Both the position numbers and the translations under genes were made by a program. Below the pieces are notes generated by a model, which saw only the letters and a program-made list of their open reading frames with translations, ran no database searches and was not told the origin of the DNA. Of a stretch of 64,000 nucleotides of DNA, positions 47,546-57,041 are shown piece by piece. Each line of letters starts with the position of its first letter. Position 1 is the first letter of the stretch. Source of the stretch: Candidatus Eiseniibacteriota bacterium (GTDB taxonomy: Bacteria; Eisenbacteria; RBG-16-71-46); the NCBI GenBank assembly GCA_035275545.1, contig DATEMP010000272.1, positions 4,592 to 68,591 on the forward strand. Reading direction: 5' to 3'.

Positions 47546-48061
47546 CTAGCGACTGGCGACCGCTCCCTTCGGCTGCCCGGGTCCCTTCACGGCGCCTTCC
47601 ATCCCGGCGATGCGTCGAGCGATGCCCAGCTGGCCTGAGTGATACGCCTGGTGGAACGCGAGCAGGCTCAACAGCTCGGCGCGGCTCGTCGTTCCCTCGA
47701 AGGGATGCGGAACCTGTTCCTCCATCTGCTGGTCGCTCAGACGCGAGATCGCCGCCACGCAGCGGTCCCGCGAGCGCAGGATCCGATCACGCATCGTCTC
47801 CCAGGCGATCGCCTGGCCCGGGCCTGTGATCGGCTCCCACCCCGCGTGTGCGAGCTGGTCACTCTCCCACACCGGCGCCTCACCGATCAGTCTCATCACG
47901 TTGTTCTGCAGGCTCGTGAGGTGGCCCACGATCCAATTCGCGCAGTTGCCGCCGGGAGCAGGCTGGGCGAGCGACTGCTCGGCCGTCATCCCGTCCAAAT
48001 TGACTTCGATCATCCGATACACGAGCCCGAACTGGTGGGCGATCGATTGCTGGGTCTTCAT
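47546..48061 (-). CDS. DinB-family protein (DinB_2)
   Basis: 171 aa from the internal ATG (MKTQQSIAHQ...). His-containing helices WIVGHLTS...AFHQAYHSGQL are typical of DinB/mycothiol-transferase-like proteins. Confidence 0.6.
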   Translation of the reverse strand: MKTQQSIAHQFGLVYRMIEVNLDGMTAEQSLAQPAPGGNCANWIVGHLTSLQNNVMRLIGEAPVWESDQLAHAGWEPITGPGQAIAWETMRDRILRSRDRCVAAISRLSDQQMEEQVPHPFEGTTSRAELLSLLAFHQAYHSGQLGIARRIAGMEGAVKGPGQPKGAVASR

Positions 48062-48102
48062 CTGCTGACTCCTTCCAAGGTGAAAGGTCATCGGCCGGGC
48101 AT

Positions 48103-48558
48103 TCACTTCCGCGCGGTACGCTCCGCAGTCTTCTTGATGCGCTCGTGTGAGTAGTTCCAGCCGCTGCCGACCCCCGTTCGGACATCGTCGGGGATGAGTC
48201 CGATCGCGGTGTGGACGAAGGTGATCAGCGTTCCGCCCTCGATCGGCGTCAGGCGATATTGAAGATTGGACACGGCGGCAAACGACATGAAGAGCGGCCC
48301 CCAGATCTCGAGGAGCGTAGGTCGCTTGATCGCCTGGACGTGGCCCCACAGATGTCCGTTGCCCTCCCCCAGGTCGCGGAACCAACGTCCGCCGGGCCGG
48401 GCCTCGAGCTTCATGGGGAGCGGGCGGTCGTCGGCGACCTGATGGCTGGGTCCGAGCTCCTCTAGCAGGGCGTCGAACGTCACTTCGAGAGGTGCTTGCA
48501 CTCGGATCTCCTGCGTGATCCGGAGCGACAGGTCGTTGGCGGTTGCGGTGGGCTGCAT
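48103..48558 (-). CDS. SRPBCC/AHSA1-like protein
   Basis: About 150 aa; an Activator-of-Hsp90-ATPase-homologue-like domain that usually pairs with ArsR. Confidence 0.55.
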   Translation of the reverse strand: MQPTATANDLSLRITQEIRVQAPLEVTFDALLEELGPSHQVADDRPLPMKLEARPGGRWFRDLGEGNGHLWGHVQAIKRPTLLEIWGPLFMSFAAVSNLQYRLTPIEGGTLITFVHTAIGLIPDDVRTGVGSGWNYSHERIKKTAERTARK

Positions 48559-48590
48559 GTTCCTTCTCCTTCCTGAGGGTGTGCGAGTCG

Positions 48591-48917
48591 TCATCGGTTG
48601 ATCGATTCGGCTCGTTGCTTGATCCGTCGAAGCTGATGACGCCAGTAGCGCTCGAAGGCGCCGGCCCAGACATGTAGCGGCTGGAGCCCGGACGCGTTCG
48701 TTCGATACATCATGTTCCGTCCGTGGCGCCTTACATCCACCAGACCCACGTCGCGAAGCACCCGCAGGTGTTTCGACACCGAGGGCTGGGCGACTCCGAG
48801 CAGGCGCACGAGCTCCCCGACCGGACGCTCCTCCGATGCGAGCAGCTCGAGGATGACCCGCCTTTGCGGCTCTGCGACCGCGTTGAAGACGTCGGAGCGC
48901 GTGGTGGCGCGTGGCAT
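48591..48917 (-). CDS. ArsR/SmtB-family transcriptional regulator
   Basis: ILELLASEERPVGELVRLLGVAQPSVSKHLRVLRDVGLV is the canonical ArsR winged-HTH segment. Confidence 0.75.
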   Translation of the reverse strand: MPRATTRSDVFNAVAEPQRRVILELLASEERPVGELVRLLGVAQPSVSKHLRVLRDVGLVDVRRHGRNMMYRTNASGLQPLHVWAGAFERYWRHQLRRIKQRAESINR

Positions 48918-49063
48918 GCGTGCATTATATTCCCATATCGGAATGTGTCAAGCGGCAAGAATCGGCCGGGAGGACCGGCGACCAGGTGGTCGTGCTCCGC
49001 CCGCCGCAGCGCATGACCGCGCGCGCGCGGGAAGTCGCGCGCGGTCGCTTGCTCCGGTCGGGC

Positions 49064-50977
49064 CTAGCGCTCCAGCCGCACCATCCGGATCGCCCGCGAC
49101 AGGCCGGCCGACTGGAAACGCGCCCAGTAGATCCCCGGGGCGAGCGGCGCCCCGGCCTGGTCGCGGCCGTCCCACTCGACCGCCTGGCGTCCCGCGAGGC
49201 GAGGCTCGTCGAGCACGCGGCGCACCAGGCGGCCGGTGGCGTCGAACACATTGAGCGCGACCCGACCCGCCGCCGGGAGCTCGAAGTCGAAGCGCGTCGA
49301 GCGCGCGAACGGGTTCGGCGCGTTCTGCGCGAACACGACGCCGCGCCCGGCCGGCGGCTCGACCGCCACCGGGCCCGCCGGTGAGACGAGGTAGTGGCCG
49401 GAACGGCCGTCGTCGAAGTCGAGCCGCAGCGCGATCTCGCCCGACGCGTTCATGGCGCCGAACTGGATGAGCGTGATCGTGCGCAGATCGCCGCCGGATC
49501 CGCCGGTGCCCTGCACGTCGAACAGGTCGCCGGTCGCCACCACCTCGCGGACGTCTCCCGAGGGCTCGGCGAGGTAGACCGCGGTGCGCTGCCCGCCGAA
49601 CGCCGGATCGTCGAGCACCACGACGAACGCGAGCCGGCCGGACTCGGTGAACGTGCGCAGGAAGTTGACGCTCGCGATCGTCGCGCCCGGCCGGCCCGGT
49701 GCGGGCGCGCCCGGAACGGCGAGCGCCGCGAGCTGGCCTGGCGCGTTCGGCTGGTCCCACCACACGCCGAGCGGCGGCCACGAGCCGGCGTTCGAGAGGC
49801 TGGCGCGGAACGCGATGCGCCCGCCGTCGCTCAGGACCGGGCCGACGATGATGCCAAACGCTTGGCCGGTGCCGGGCGCCGGATCGCCGGCGCGCGCGAC
49901 CGGCAGGAGCGTGCCGGTGTGATTCGAGTACAGCACGTACTCGGTCGCGCCGCCGCCGGCGACACGGGCGGTGAATGCCGCCTGGTCGAGACGGTTGTTG
50001 ATGACCTCGCCAAAGTCGGCGGTGACGCTGTTGCCGCCGAACGTCCGCCCCGGGATGCCGGGGGCGGCCATGCCTTCCCGCACCAGCAGCGCCATGCCGC
50101 CGGCGCGCTCGACGAACAGTGCCTCGTTGTTGAACGTGTTCACGTTGTTGCCCGTCAGGTTGCCCTGGAAGGCCGCGCGCGAAGCGTTGCTCCAGCTCGT
50201 CGACTCGAACGTGTAGCCGGTCCCGATGAACTCGCCGGCGCCGCCGAATACCACACCCGCACCGACGTTCGGTGCGGGATCGCCTTCACGCAAGATCGCC
50301 GCGAGCGCCCCGCCGCGATTCGTCCAGAACGCTTCGTCGTTCGTGCTGCCGATGCCGGGGCCGACCACCGACCCGCGTACGAACGCGTGCCGCGCCTGGT
50401 TCAGCTCGAGCCCGAACGGCACCGAGCTGTATCGAACGCCAGCTGCGAATCCGGCCGCCGGATCGCCCTCGCGCACCAGGATGACGCTCGGTCCCGAGCC
50501 CATCGACCACAGGCCTTCGTTGTTGTTCTCGGTAACGCCCGTGCCCGTGAGCGACGCGCTGAACCCGAGCCGGCCGTCGCCCATCGCCGGCGGCATCAGT
50601 GCGAAGTCGAACGGGAAGCTGTTGAACACGCCGCCCCCCGCACCCGGGGCCGCGTTGCCCGCCCGCGCCTGGAGCTGGAGCCCGCCGGCCGGCTGCCACG
50701 TCCAGATGCCGCTGCGGTTCGACGACGTGACCGCAGGGCCTTCGAGCAGGGCCGTGAACGAGACCTTGCCGGTCTCGTCGAGCGACGGTACGGCGGTGAC
50801 GTAGATGTCGGAGAACGGGCCGAACACCGTGCCCGGCTCGGTGCCGGGGACCGGCTCGCCCCGGAGCGCCACCTTCTGGAAGACGAAACCCGGTGACGCT
50901 GCTGCCGCCGCCGCGAGCGCCAGCGACACCGCGATCGTGAGGACGAGGACGAAGAACCGTGGCTCGACGCGTTTCAT
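49064..50977 (-). CDS. Secreted repeat protein with C-terminal FlgD-Ig/Por-type sorting domain
   Basis: Signal peptide from the internal ATG (MKRVEPRFFVLVLTIAVSLALAAA); about ten degenerate ~45-aa repeats (GDPAPG...G.VF.); C-terminus AAGRVALNVFDATGRLVRRVL...GIYWARF. Confidence 0.65.
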   Translation of the reverse strand: MKRVEPRFFVLVLTIAVSLALAAAAAASPGFVFQKVALRGEPVPGTEPGTVFGPFSDIYVTAVPSLDETGKVSFTALLEGPAVTSSNRSGIWTWQPAGGLQLQARAGNAAPGAGGGVFNSFPFDFALMPPAMGDGRLGFSASLTGTGVTENNNEGLWSMGSGPSVILVREGDPAAGFAAGVRYSSVPFGLELNQARHAFVRGSVVGPGIGSTNDEAFWTNRGGALAAILREGDPAPNVGAGVVFGGAGEFIGTGYTFESTSWSNASRAAFQGNLTGNNVNTFNNEALFVERAGGMALLVREGMAAPGIPGRTFGGNSVTADFGEVINNRLDQAAFTARVAGGGATEYVLYSNHTGTLLPVARAGDPAPGTGQAFGIIVGPVLSDGGRIAFRASLSNAGSWPPLGVWWDQPNAPGQLAALAVPGAPAPGRPGATIASVNFLRTFTESGRLAFVVVLDDPAFGGQRTAVYLAEPSGDVREVVATGDLFDVQGTGGSGGDLRTITLIQFGAMNASGEIALRLDFDDGRSGHYLVSPAGPVAVEPPAGRGVVFAQNAPNPFARSTRFDFELPAAGRVALNVFDATGRLVRRVLDEPRLAGRQAVEWDGRDQAGAPLAPGIYWARFQSAGLSRAIRMVRLER

Positions 50978-51015
50978 GACGCACCGCCTTTCTACTTTGG
51001 CGGCCATTCCGTTGT

Positions 51016-51070
51016 TGAGCTGCACGGACCCACCTTCTTAGTCCCACCGGGAGGCGATTCATTACGATGG
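51016..51070 (-). promoter_or_regulatory. Conserved upstream leader/promoter element (copy B)
   Basis: Sense strand reads GTAATGAA-N14-GACTAAGAAGGTGGGTCCGTGCAGCTC. The same element with identical spacing lies upstream of the 57174..58766 gene. Confidence 0.45.
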
Positions 51071-51144
51071 GAGCCCACAGGCGGGAGCGGTCCGGCTCGA
51101 ATCCATTGGGCGACAATCGCTTCGTGTTGACCGCTGTCAGGGTC

Positions 51145-51187
51145 TCTTAGGTTGAAGGTCCGATTCCTTCGCGGCGCACCCACTTAG
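51145..51187 (+). repeat. Degenerate third copy of tRNA-Lys 3' half / att
   Basis: GGTTGAAGGTCCGATTCCTTCGCGGCGCACC matches the T-arm plus acceptor 3' strand of the tRNA at 30/31 positions. The anticodon-arm part carries a 7-nt deletion and the flank has changed from AACTTAC to CACTTAG. Confidence 0.5.
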
Positions 51188-51239
51188 TTGCAGCATTGGG
51201 AGCGGACGGCGTTGAATCGTGGCGGAACTCGTCCCGTCG

Positions 51240-51614
51240 TTACGTCCCACTCACGGGCAGGCGCCTTCCCGCAGGTCGCGTGAAATAGGACACCGCGAGC
51301 AGGACCAGAGTAATGGGCGGGAGCATCCAGGTTTGAGGGCTCTCGCCTGAGGCCCGGGCGGCGATGAACGCCATGACCAGCGCATAGGTCACCCCCGCAT
51401 AGGCCCACTCCTTGAGCAGCGCGAACCCCGGGAGCAGGAGGACGACCGCGGCCAGCGGCTTGACGATGCCGAGGACAATTCGGAGGTGCTGTGGATAGCC
51501 CTGTTTGGCGAACCCGTTCACGACCTCAGGGCTGCCCGTGAGGTACGTGAGGGCTCCGAAGAGCGAGAGCGAGACGAGTCCGGTGCATACCCAGTACCCG
51601 ATCTTTCGGACCAT
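51240..51614 (-). CDS. DoxX-family membrane protein
   Basis: 124 aa with four TM helices (DoxX-like topology). Confidence 0.6.
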   Translation of the reverse strand: MVRKIGYWVCTGLVSLSLFGALTYLTGSPEVVNGFAKQGYPQHLRIVLGIVKPLAAVVLLLPGFALLKEWAYAGVTYALVMAFIAARASGESPQTWMLPPITLVLLAVSYFTRPAGRRLPVSGT

Positions 51615-51626
51615 GTGCCCTCCGAT

Positions 51627-52142
51627 TCAGGGTTTCAGGTTGTAGGAGTCCGCCATCCGGCCGGCGTCGGCCTGGTACTTGCGAGCGCGGGCCAGCTCGG
51701 CGATCTGGCGGATGTGGCCGAGGTCGTGGAGCGCCCATTCGTTCAACATCTGCGACAGGGTGATCTCGCCGTACTCCTTGTGCAGGGCGAGGCGGTCGCC
51801 CGCGCCGGCGGGGAGATCGCGCAGGAATGCGATGTTGTTCCCGCGCTGCTCCTCGAACTGATCGAAGGCATCCTCGGGGTCGGCATCGCGATAGAGGTCG
51901 AGATACATCTGCGCGTCGTCGGGCTCGAACTCCGGACGGGTCTCCGCCATGAAACGGTCGAGGCGCATGCGGTAGCAGTGGCCTTCGGAGTGCGACAGGT
52001 GGGCCAGCACCTCCGCGACCGAGAAGCGTTCGGGCGCCGGCTTCCAGCGGGCATCCGCGTCGGTCAGCTCGATCATCAGGGAGCGGAGAATCCCGGGGGT
52101 GGCCTCGAGCAGGTCCAGGCAGGGCAGTCCGTTTTCCGCCAT
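51627..52142 (-). CDS. DinB-family protein (DinB_2)
   Basis: SVAEVLAHLSHSEGH...ALHDLGHIRQIAEL: a His triad on a helical bundle. Confidence 0.65.
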   Translation of the reverse strand: MAENGLPCLDLLEATPGILRSLMIELTDADARWKPAPERFSVAEVLAHLSHSEGHCYRMRLDRFMAETRPEFEPDDAQMYLDLYRDADPEDAFDQFEEQRGNNIAFLRDLPAGAGDRLALHKEYGEITLSQMLNEWALHDLGHIRQIAELARARKYQADAGRMADSYNLKP

Positions 52143-52219
52143 GCGCTCATCCTACGACGTTCTCGCCGCCATCGACATGGCGGGTCCGTCCCGCACTGGT
52201 TTCGGCGAGCGGCTGTGCG

Positions 52220-54967
52220 TTACCGGACCAGGCAGGCTTTGGCGGTGAACGTACGACGCGCCTGGGTCAGGCGCACCAGGTAGACGCCTGCCGGGAGGCT
52301 CGGCGAGTCGGTCATCGGGACGAGATGCTCTCCGGCGCCGAGCGAGCCCACTTCGCGGTATGCCACGCGCCGACCTTTGAGGTCGAACAGCTCCAAGGTC
52401 GCCGGCTCGGCCCCCGGCAGCGAGAGTCTCACCGTCACCCCGTTCTCGGACGGATTAGGCGAGGCGCCGGCCAGGCTCAGGATCGCCCGAACGGGGATCG
52501 TCACCCACGTCGGGTCCCACGTGGTCTCCAGCCCGTGCTCCCGGACCACGAGGCGATACCCATAGCGGGCGCCCGGGGCCACGGCCCGGTCCTCGAACTC
52601 CAGGCGGTCGTCGCCCACCAAGCGGGGGCTTCTGACCTCGGCCCACTCTCCTGCGGCCGCGTCGGAGCGTTGAACGATGGCTTCCAGATTCGCGGCGTTC
52701 TCGACCGACCAGGTGAGGCGCACGAGATCCGAGTGGACTTCGACATTGGCCAGCGACACCACGACCGGAGTGGTGCCGGAGCTCTGGTTGAGAAGGACGT
52801 CGACCGCTGCTCCGTACCCGGAGTACACCACTCCATCACTAGGGTAACCGGCATCCTCCATGGCCCCGGCGCTGGCGATCGTGAGGTCGGGGCGATCGTC
52901 TCCGTTCCGGTCTTCGATGCCCACCCAGCGTGGCGACCTGCCACCCGTCGAGCAGAAGAGCGCGGTGCCCAGGGTTCCATCGCCCAAGCCAGGAACGATA
53001 GCCACTTGCGCGGTGCCGCCCACCGCAACGACATCCAGGTCGCCATCCCCGTTGAGATCCCCTACCACGGACGAACCCAGCCCTTCTACGTCCAGGTGAT
53101 CGGCAACCGAGAATCTCCCTGCGCCGTCCCCGAGCATCGTCGACAACCGGGGGGTGCCTGTCGTGACCAGGTCCAGGTTGCCATCTCCGTTCAAATCGCC
53201 CGCGGCGAGACCCCACGCGCCTTCTGCGGGCGAGTCGATGCGCGGCCCGAGCCCCGTCGGGCCGCCGACCATGACGGACACCGTTTGGCCTCTCCCCAGA
53301 ACCAGGTCCGGACGCCCGTCGCCGTTGACGTCCCCAATCAAGACGGACCCGTACACTCCCGGCGCGTACGCCTGGGGGGCCGCGAAGGTTCCGTCCCCGT
53401 TCCCGCGAAGTACTGTGCCACCAGATCCCAACACCAGGTCGTTGTGCGTGTCGCCATCCAGATCGCCGATAGCCACCGATGCATCGCCACTCGCGACCAT
53501 CGTAGGCAGCCCAAAGTTTCCCGCCCCGTCGCCCAGCAGCACCGAGGTTCGCAATTCACAGGCGACCGCGAGGTCGAGTTGCCCGTCTCCATTCAGGTCG
53601 CCGAGGGCCACCGCCTGTGGAGTCTCGCCGACTTCGAAGGGGCCGCCCGGAACGAGCGTCCCAGTCCCGTCGTCGAGAATCACATGGGCCTCATGATCCA
53701 GGATGTCCACGGTGGCACCACCGTGGGCGATGACGAGATCCGACCGACCGTCCCCGTTGAGATCCCCGCTTGCCGCGGGTCCCGAGTTGAAGTTCAACGC
53801 GCGCGAGATGCGGGGACCGAACGTGCCGTCGCCGTTTCCTTTTGCCACCCAGACATGGGCACCACCATTGACCGTCGCCATGTCGGGCAGACCATCCCGG
53901 TCGAGATCGCCGAACGCGACCTCGGCCGCCCATGCGGCGGCAATGCTGGGCCCAAGGAAATCGCCACCACTGTTCTTCCGGACGAAGGTCGCGCCCGGCC
54001 CCCGGGAGAGCAGCTCCCCGCGACCGTCACCGTCGAGATCGACGAACCACGGGTTTTCACCTTCTATGTAGGCACTGCTCCCGTAGCGAAACGTCCCGTC
54101 GCCATTCCCAAGCAATACGAAGCCGTAGCTGGAGCTCGGGCAGCCCCGAAAGCAGTCCGCCTGGAAGACCGCCACATCGGGAATGCCATCCCCATTCACC
54201 TCGCCGATCGCAGCGCCCTTGAAACGGTTGTCCGGGTAGATCTCATCAATGTCGGGACCCGGCGAGAACGAACCGTCTCCGTTCCCCAGCATGATGCTGA
54301 TGGTCTCGAGATCGTCGACGGGGTCATACCGCAAAGTCACGAGGTCCATGCGCCGGTCACCACTCAAGTCCCCAAAGGCAACAGGCCGCGCGGGAATCGC
54401 CAATCCCTGGGGTGGGGCGAACGAGCCGCCTCCCAGATTGAACCGAACGACCGGATCATTCCTGAACGCGAACAAGTCGGGGGCTCCATCTCCATTCACA
54501 TCGTCGAACTGCCAATCGGCCCAAGGCGAGGTGACCGCCGGTTGGAGAGTGCCGTCCCCGTTCGAGAGCAGAGTGGAAAACGTGCCAATGTTGTTCCATG
54601 CCGCCACATCGAGCAGGCCGTCGCCGCTCAGATCCATCAGTCGGACCGTAGTCGGCCAGGCATCGGTCGGATAGTCGCCGTTCGGTTGCAGCGAACCGTC
54701 CTCGGCTCCGATCAGGACGGAGATGCCTCCTCCGTAGTAGTTCGCGGTCACGACGTCCGGGATACCGTCGGCGTTGAGGTCGCCGATCGCGACCGACGTG
54801 GAACCAGGTCCGGTCGCATAAGGCGTGGCGTAGCTGCCGGAGAATCGCGGGGTGGCGGCCACCGGATTCGGGCCCACTGCCAACGCGATCATCAAAACGG
54901 TGGCCATCGCCGGAGCAAAGGGGTAAGAGCTCCGAATGCGAGACTGCGCCATGTGTGGGTGCTTCAT
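52220..54967 (-). CDS. FG-GAP/VCBS-repeat secreted protein with C-terminal sorting domain
   Basis: At least twelve repeats of (A/G)xGDLNGDGxxDLV. The C-terminus LELFDLKGRRVAYREVG...AGVYLVRL fits the sorting-domain pattern. Confidence 0.75.
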   Translation of the reverse strand: MKHPHMAQSRIRSSYPFAPAMATVLMIALAVGPNPVAATPRFSGSYATPYATGPGSTSVAIGDLNADGIPDVVTANYYGGGISVLIGAEDGSLQPNGDYPTDAWPTTVRLMDLSGDGLLDVAAWNNIGTFSTLLSNGDGTLQPAVTSPWADWQFDDVNGDGAPDLFAFRNDPVVRFNLGGGSFAPPQGLAIPARPVAFGDLSGDRRMDLVTLRYDPVDDLETISIMLGNGDGSFSPGPDIDEIYPDNRFKGAAIGEVNGDGIPDVAVFQADCFRGCPSSSYGFVLLGNGDGTFRYGSSAYIEGENPWFVDLDGDGRGELLSRGPGATFVRKNSGGDFLGPSIAAAWAAEVAFGDLDRDGLPDMATVNGGAHVWVAKGNGDGTFGPRISRALNFNSGPAASGDLNGDGRSDLVIAHGGATVDILDHEAHVILDDGTGTLVPGGPFEVGETPQAVALGDLNGDGQLDLAVACELRTSVLLGDGAGNFGLPTMVASGDASVAIGDLDGDTHNDLVLGSGGTVLRGNGDGTFAAPQAYAPGVYGSVLIGDVNGDGRPDLVLGRGQTVSVMVGGPTGLGPRIDSPAEGAWGLAAGDLNGDGNLDLVTTGTPRLSTMLGDGAGRFSVADHLDVEGLGSSVVGDLNGDGDLDVVAVGGTAQVAIVPGLGDGTLGTALFCSTGGRSPRWVGIEDRNGDDRPDLTIASAGAMEDAGYPSDGVVYSGYGAAVDVLLNQSSGTTPVVVSLANVEVHSDLVRLTWSVENAANLEAIVQRSDAAAGEWAEVRSPRLVGDDRLEFEDRAVAPGARYGYRLVVREHGLETTWDPTWVTIPVRAILSLAGASPNPSENGVTVRLSLPGAEPATLELFDLKGRRVAYREVGSLGAGEHLVPMTDSPSLPAGVYLVRLTQARRTFTAKACLVR

Positions 54968-55208
54968 TGCGACGCGGAACGTCCGGCGAGGGTCCCGGGC
55001 CTGCCTTCCGTCCGGGATGGGTGGAAATGGACTTCTGGCCGTCCGTGAAAGTGACTCAGCCTACCACTCGCTAGCTCGCCGACATAGCGTGCATCTCGTC
55101 ATTCATATTGCGATTTACATTAACACCGGCTGACCATGCAATAGGCCGTTTTCAAGCGAGACAGTCACTCATATCGCATGGGGATGGAACGGGCGCCGCC
55201 GCCCGCGT

Positions 55209-57041
55209 TCAGAATCGGAAGCGGATCAGATCCCACTGCGCGAGCCAGGCGACGAAGCCCAACCCCGCGGCCGCCACCAGCGTGTAGCCGAACCGCCATC
55301 CGCGACTCGCCGCGGAGTCGCTCCACACGACCCGCATGCCGAGTAGGCAGACGAAAGCGGCGCCGATCAGCACGAGTGGGAGCGCCATCACCACCGTGAA
55401 CCAGGGCGGCACGCCGTACTCGAGGCCCGAGCCGATACCGGCGGCGAGCCCGGCGAGGAAGAGAACGCCCAGCGCCGAGACGGTGATCGCGACGCGGCGG
55501 GGTCCGGGACGCGGCTTGGCGCCCGCGACCTCCGCTCGACCGCGGCGAACGAGTGCTGCGACCGGCGCGCTCACGAGCATCGCGAGGAACACCAGGATGC
55601 AATACCCGAGCAGGATCGCCTGGGCAATAGCGGTTGCATACCAGGGCACGCGCTCGTAGACGCGGGCGATGCCGCCGCCGGTAAACATGTGGCGCACGCT
55701 CCCGCCGGCCGCGGGATCGAACGCCACGACGCTGTGCCCGTCCGTCCGCTGGAACAATCCCGGCGCGATGGCGGTGAATCGGGTGCCGCGAAGCGACAGC
55801 GTGCCGCCCGAGTCGACGCGGACCTCGATGCGGTTGCTGAGGCTGACGAACCGCTCGATGCCGCGATGACCGTATCGGTTGAAGGCGTAGGTGCCCGCGC
55901 AGCGACGCGCTTCGCGCGCGGCGTCGGCCATGGCGGTCGGCCGCGCGATGGGACGCTGGTCCGGGAAGAAGCGATCGAGGAGCGCGGCGAGCACCTCCTC
56001 GCGCGCCGCTCCCCCGCCGCTGCCGTTGAACGCGAGGAAGAACCCGGTCCCCTGCTCGGGTAGCAGGTAGAGCAGGCTCGCGAAGCCGGCGCCGTCCCCG
56101 TCGTGCCACAGCGCGCGCTCGCCGTTCTGGAAGCGCTCCCAGAAGCCGAGCGCGACCCCCGGCAGCCGTTCGTGCTGGGCGAACTGGCGCCGGTGCATCT
56201 CCCCGACCGCGGCCGCTCCGAGCATCCGTCGGCCGCGATACTCGCCGCCCTCGAGGTGGGCGATCATGAACCGCGCCACGTCGGAGCCGGTCGAGGTCAT
56301 CATCGATGCGGGTGCGGTCTGGACGTAGTCGAATGCGATCGGGTGCGGCGGATCGGAGTCGTCGTGCCCCACGGCGAGGTCGGCCGGCATCATGGGGCGC
56401 GGCGCGAAGCTGCTGCGCGTCATGCCGAGCGGCGCGAAGAGGCTGTCCTGCATGAACCGGGCGAACGGGATCCCGGAGACCTCCTCGACCAGGTACCCCG
56501 CGAGCGCCATGCCGTGGTTCGAGTAGCAGAGGAACCGGCCCGGCGGCTGGATGCGATCGGGCAGCCGGCGTGCGAGGTACTCGCCGAGCGGCAACGCGCC
56601 TTCGGGGCCGCGCGCTTTGCGCGCGATGTTGCGGTCGTCGAATCCCGCGGTGTGCGTGAGGAGATGGAGCAGCGTCACCGGCGGGTCGGAGTTCTCAGGC
56701 ACGTGGAACCGCCGCAGGTGCCGGTTGACGTCCTCATCGAGCGCGAGCCGGCCCCGCTCGACCAGCCGCATCGCGGCCGTCGCCGTGAAGACCTTGGACA
56801 CCGACGCGACGCGGAAGATCGTACGCTCGGGGTCGACCCGGGTGCCACGGTCGTCGGCGACGCCGTAGCCGCGGGCCAGGAGCACGGCCGTGTCGCGCAC
56901 GGCTACCAGGACGCCGCCCGGCACATGGTTCCGCGCCATGGCGGCCGTCATCGCGGAATCCGCCAGCCGCTCGAGCGCCCCGACGTCATCCAGGCCCCGC
57001 GCTTGGGCGGAAGGCACACCGGGGCCGCACGCGCCGGCCAA
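55209..57041 (-). CDS. Class-C beta-lactamase/PBP-family serine hydrolase with C-terminal membrane region
   Basis: ASVSKVFTATAAM (S-x-x-K) and YSNHG (Y-x-N). The last ~150 aa form multi-TM helices. The track begins at a TTG, but an in-frame signal peptide (IRRCVVLLASGALALAGAC) is encoded just upstream, after a GGAGG and an ATT codon. The true start is probably non-canonical, at about 57083. Confidence 0.7.
   Translation of the reverse strand: MAGACGPGVPSAQARGLDDVGALERLADSAMTAAMARNHVPGGVLVAVRDTAVLLARGYGVADDRGTRVDPERTIFRVASVSKVFTATAAMRLVERGRLALDEDVNRHLRRFHVPENSDPPVTLLHLLTHTAGFDDRNIARKARGPEGALPLGEYLARRLPDRIQPPGRFLCYSNHGMALAGYLVEEVSGIPFARFMQDSLFAPLGMTRSSFAPRPMMPADLAVGHDDSDPPHPIAFDYVQTAPASMMTSTGSDVARFMIAHLEGGEYRGRRMLGAAAVGEMHRRQFAQHERLPGVALGFWERFQNGERALWHDGDGAGFASLLYLLPEQGTGFFLAFNGSGGGAAREEVLAALLDRFFPDQRPIARPTAMADAAREARRCAGTYAFNRYGHRGIERFVSLSNRIEVRVDSGGTLSLRGTRFTAIAPGLFQRTDGHSVVAFDPAAGGSVRHMFTGGGIARVYERVPWYATAIAQAILLGYCILVFLAMLVSAPVAALVRRGRAEVAGAKPRPGPRRVAITVSALGVLFLAGLAAGIGSGLEYGVPPWFTVVMALPLVLIGAAFVCLLGMRVVWSDSAASRGWRFGYTLVAAAGLGFVAWLAQWDLIRFRF

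Noticed and set aside
47546-48673. 375-aa ORF fusing the DinB and AHSA1 regions
   Set aside because: The N-terminal part is RP-rich and overlaps the AHSA1-like gene, which lies in a different frame. The DinB gene starts at the internal ATG at 48061.
51145-51187. Second intact tRNA gene
   Set aside because: Only the T-arm and acceptor 3' strand are recognisable. No D-arm, anticodon stem or 5' acceptor strand is present upstream.
52325-55048. 907-aa plus-strand ORF (also 45178-46689, 59190-60329 and 59245-60549)
   Set aside because: Antisense to, or in an alternative frame of, well-supported minus-strand genes, with low-complexity R/G/P-rich sequence.
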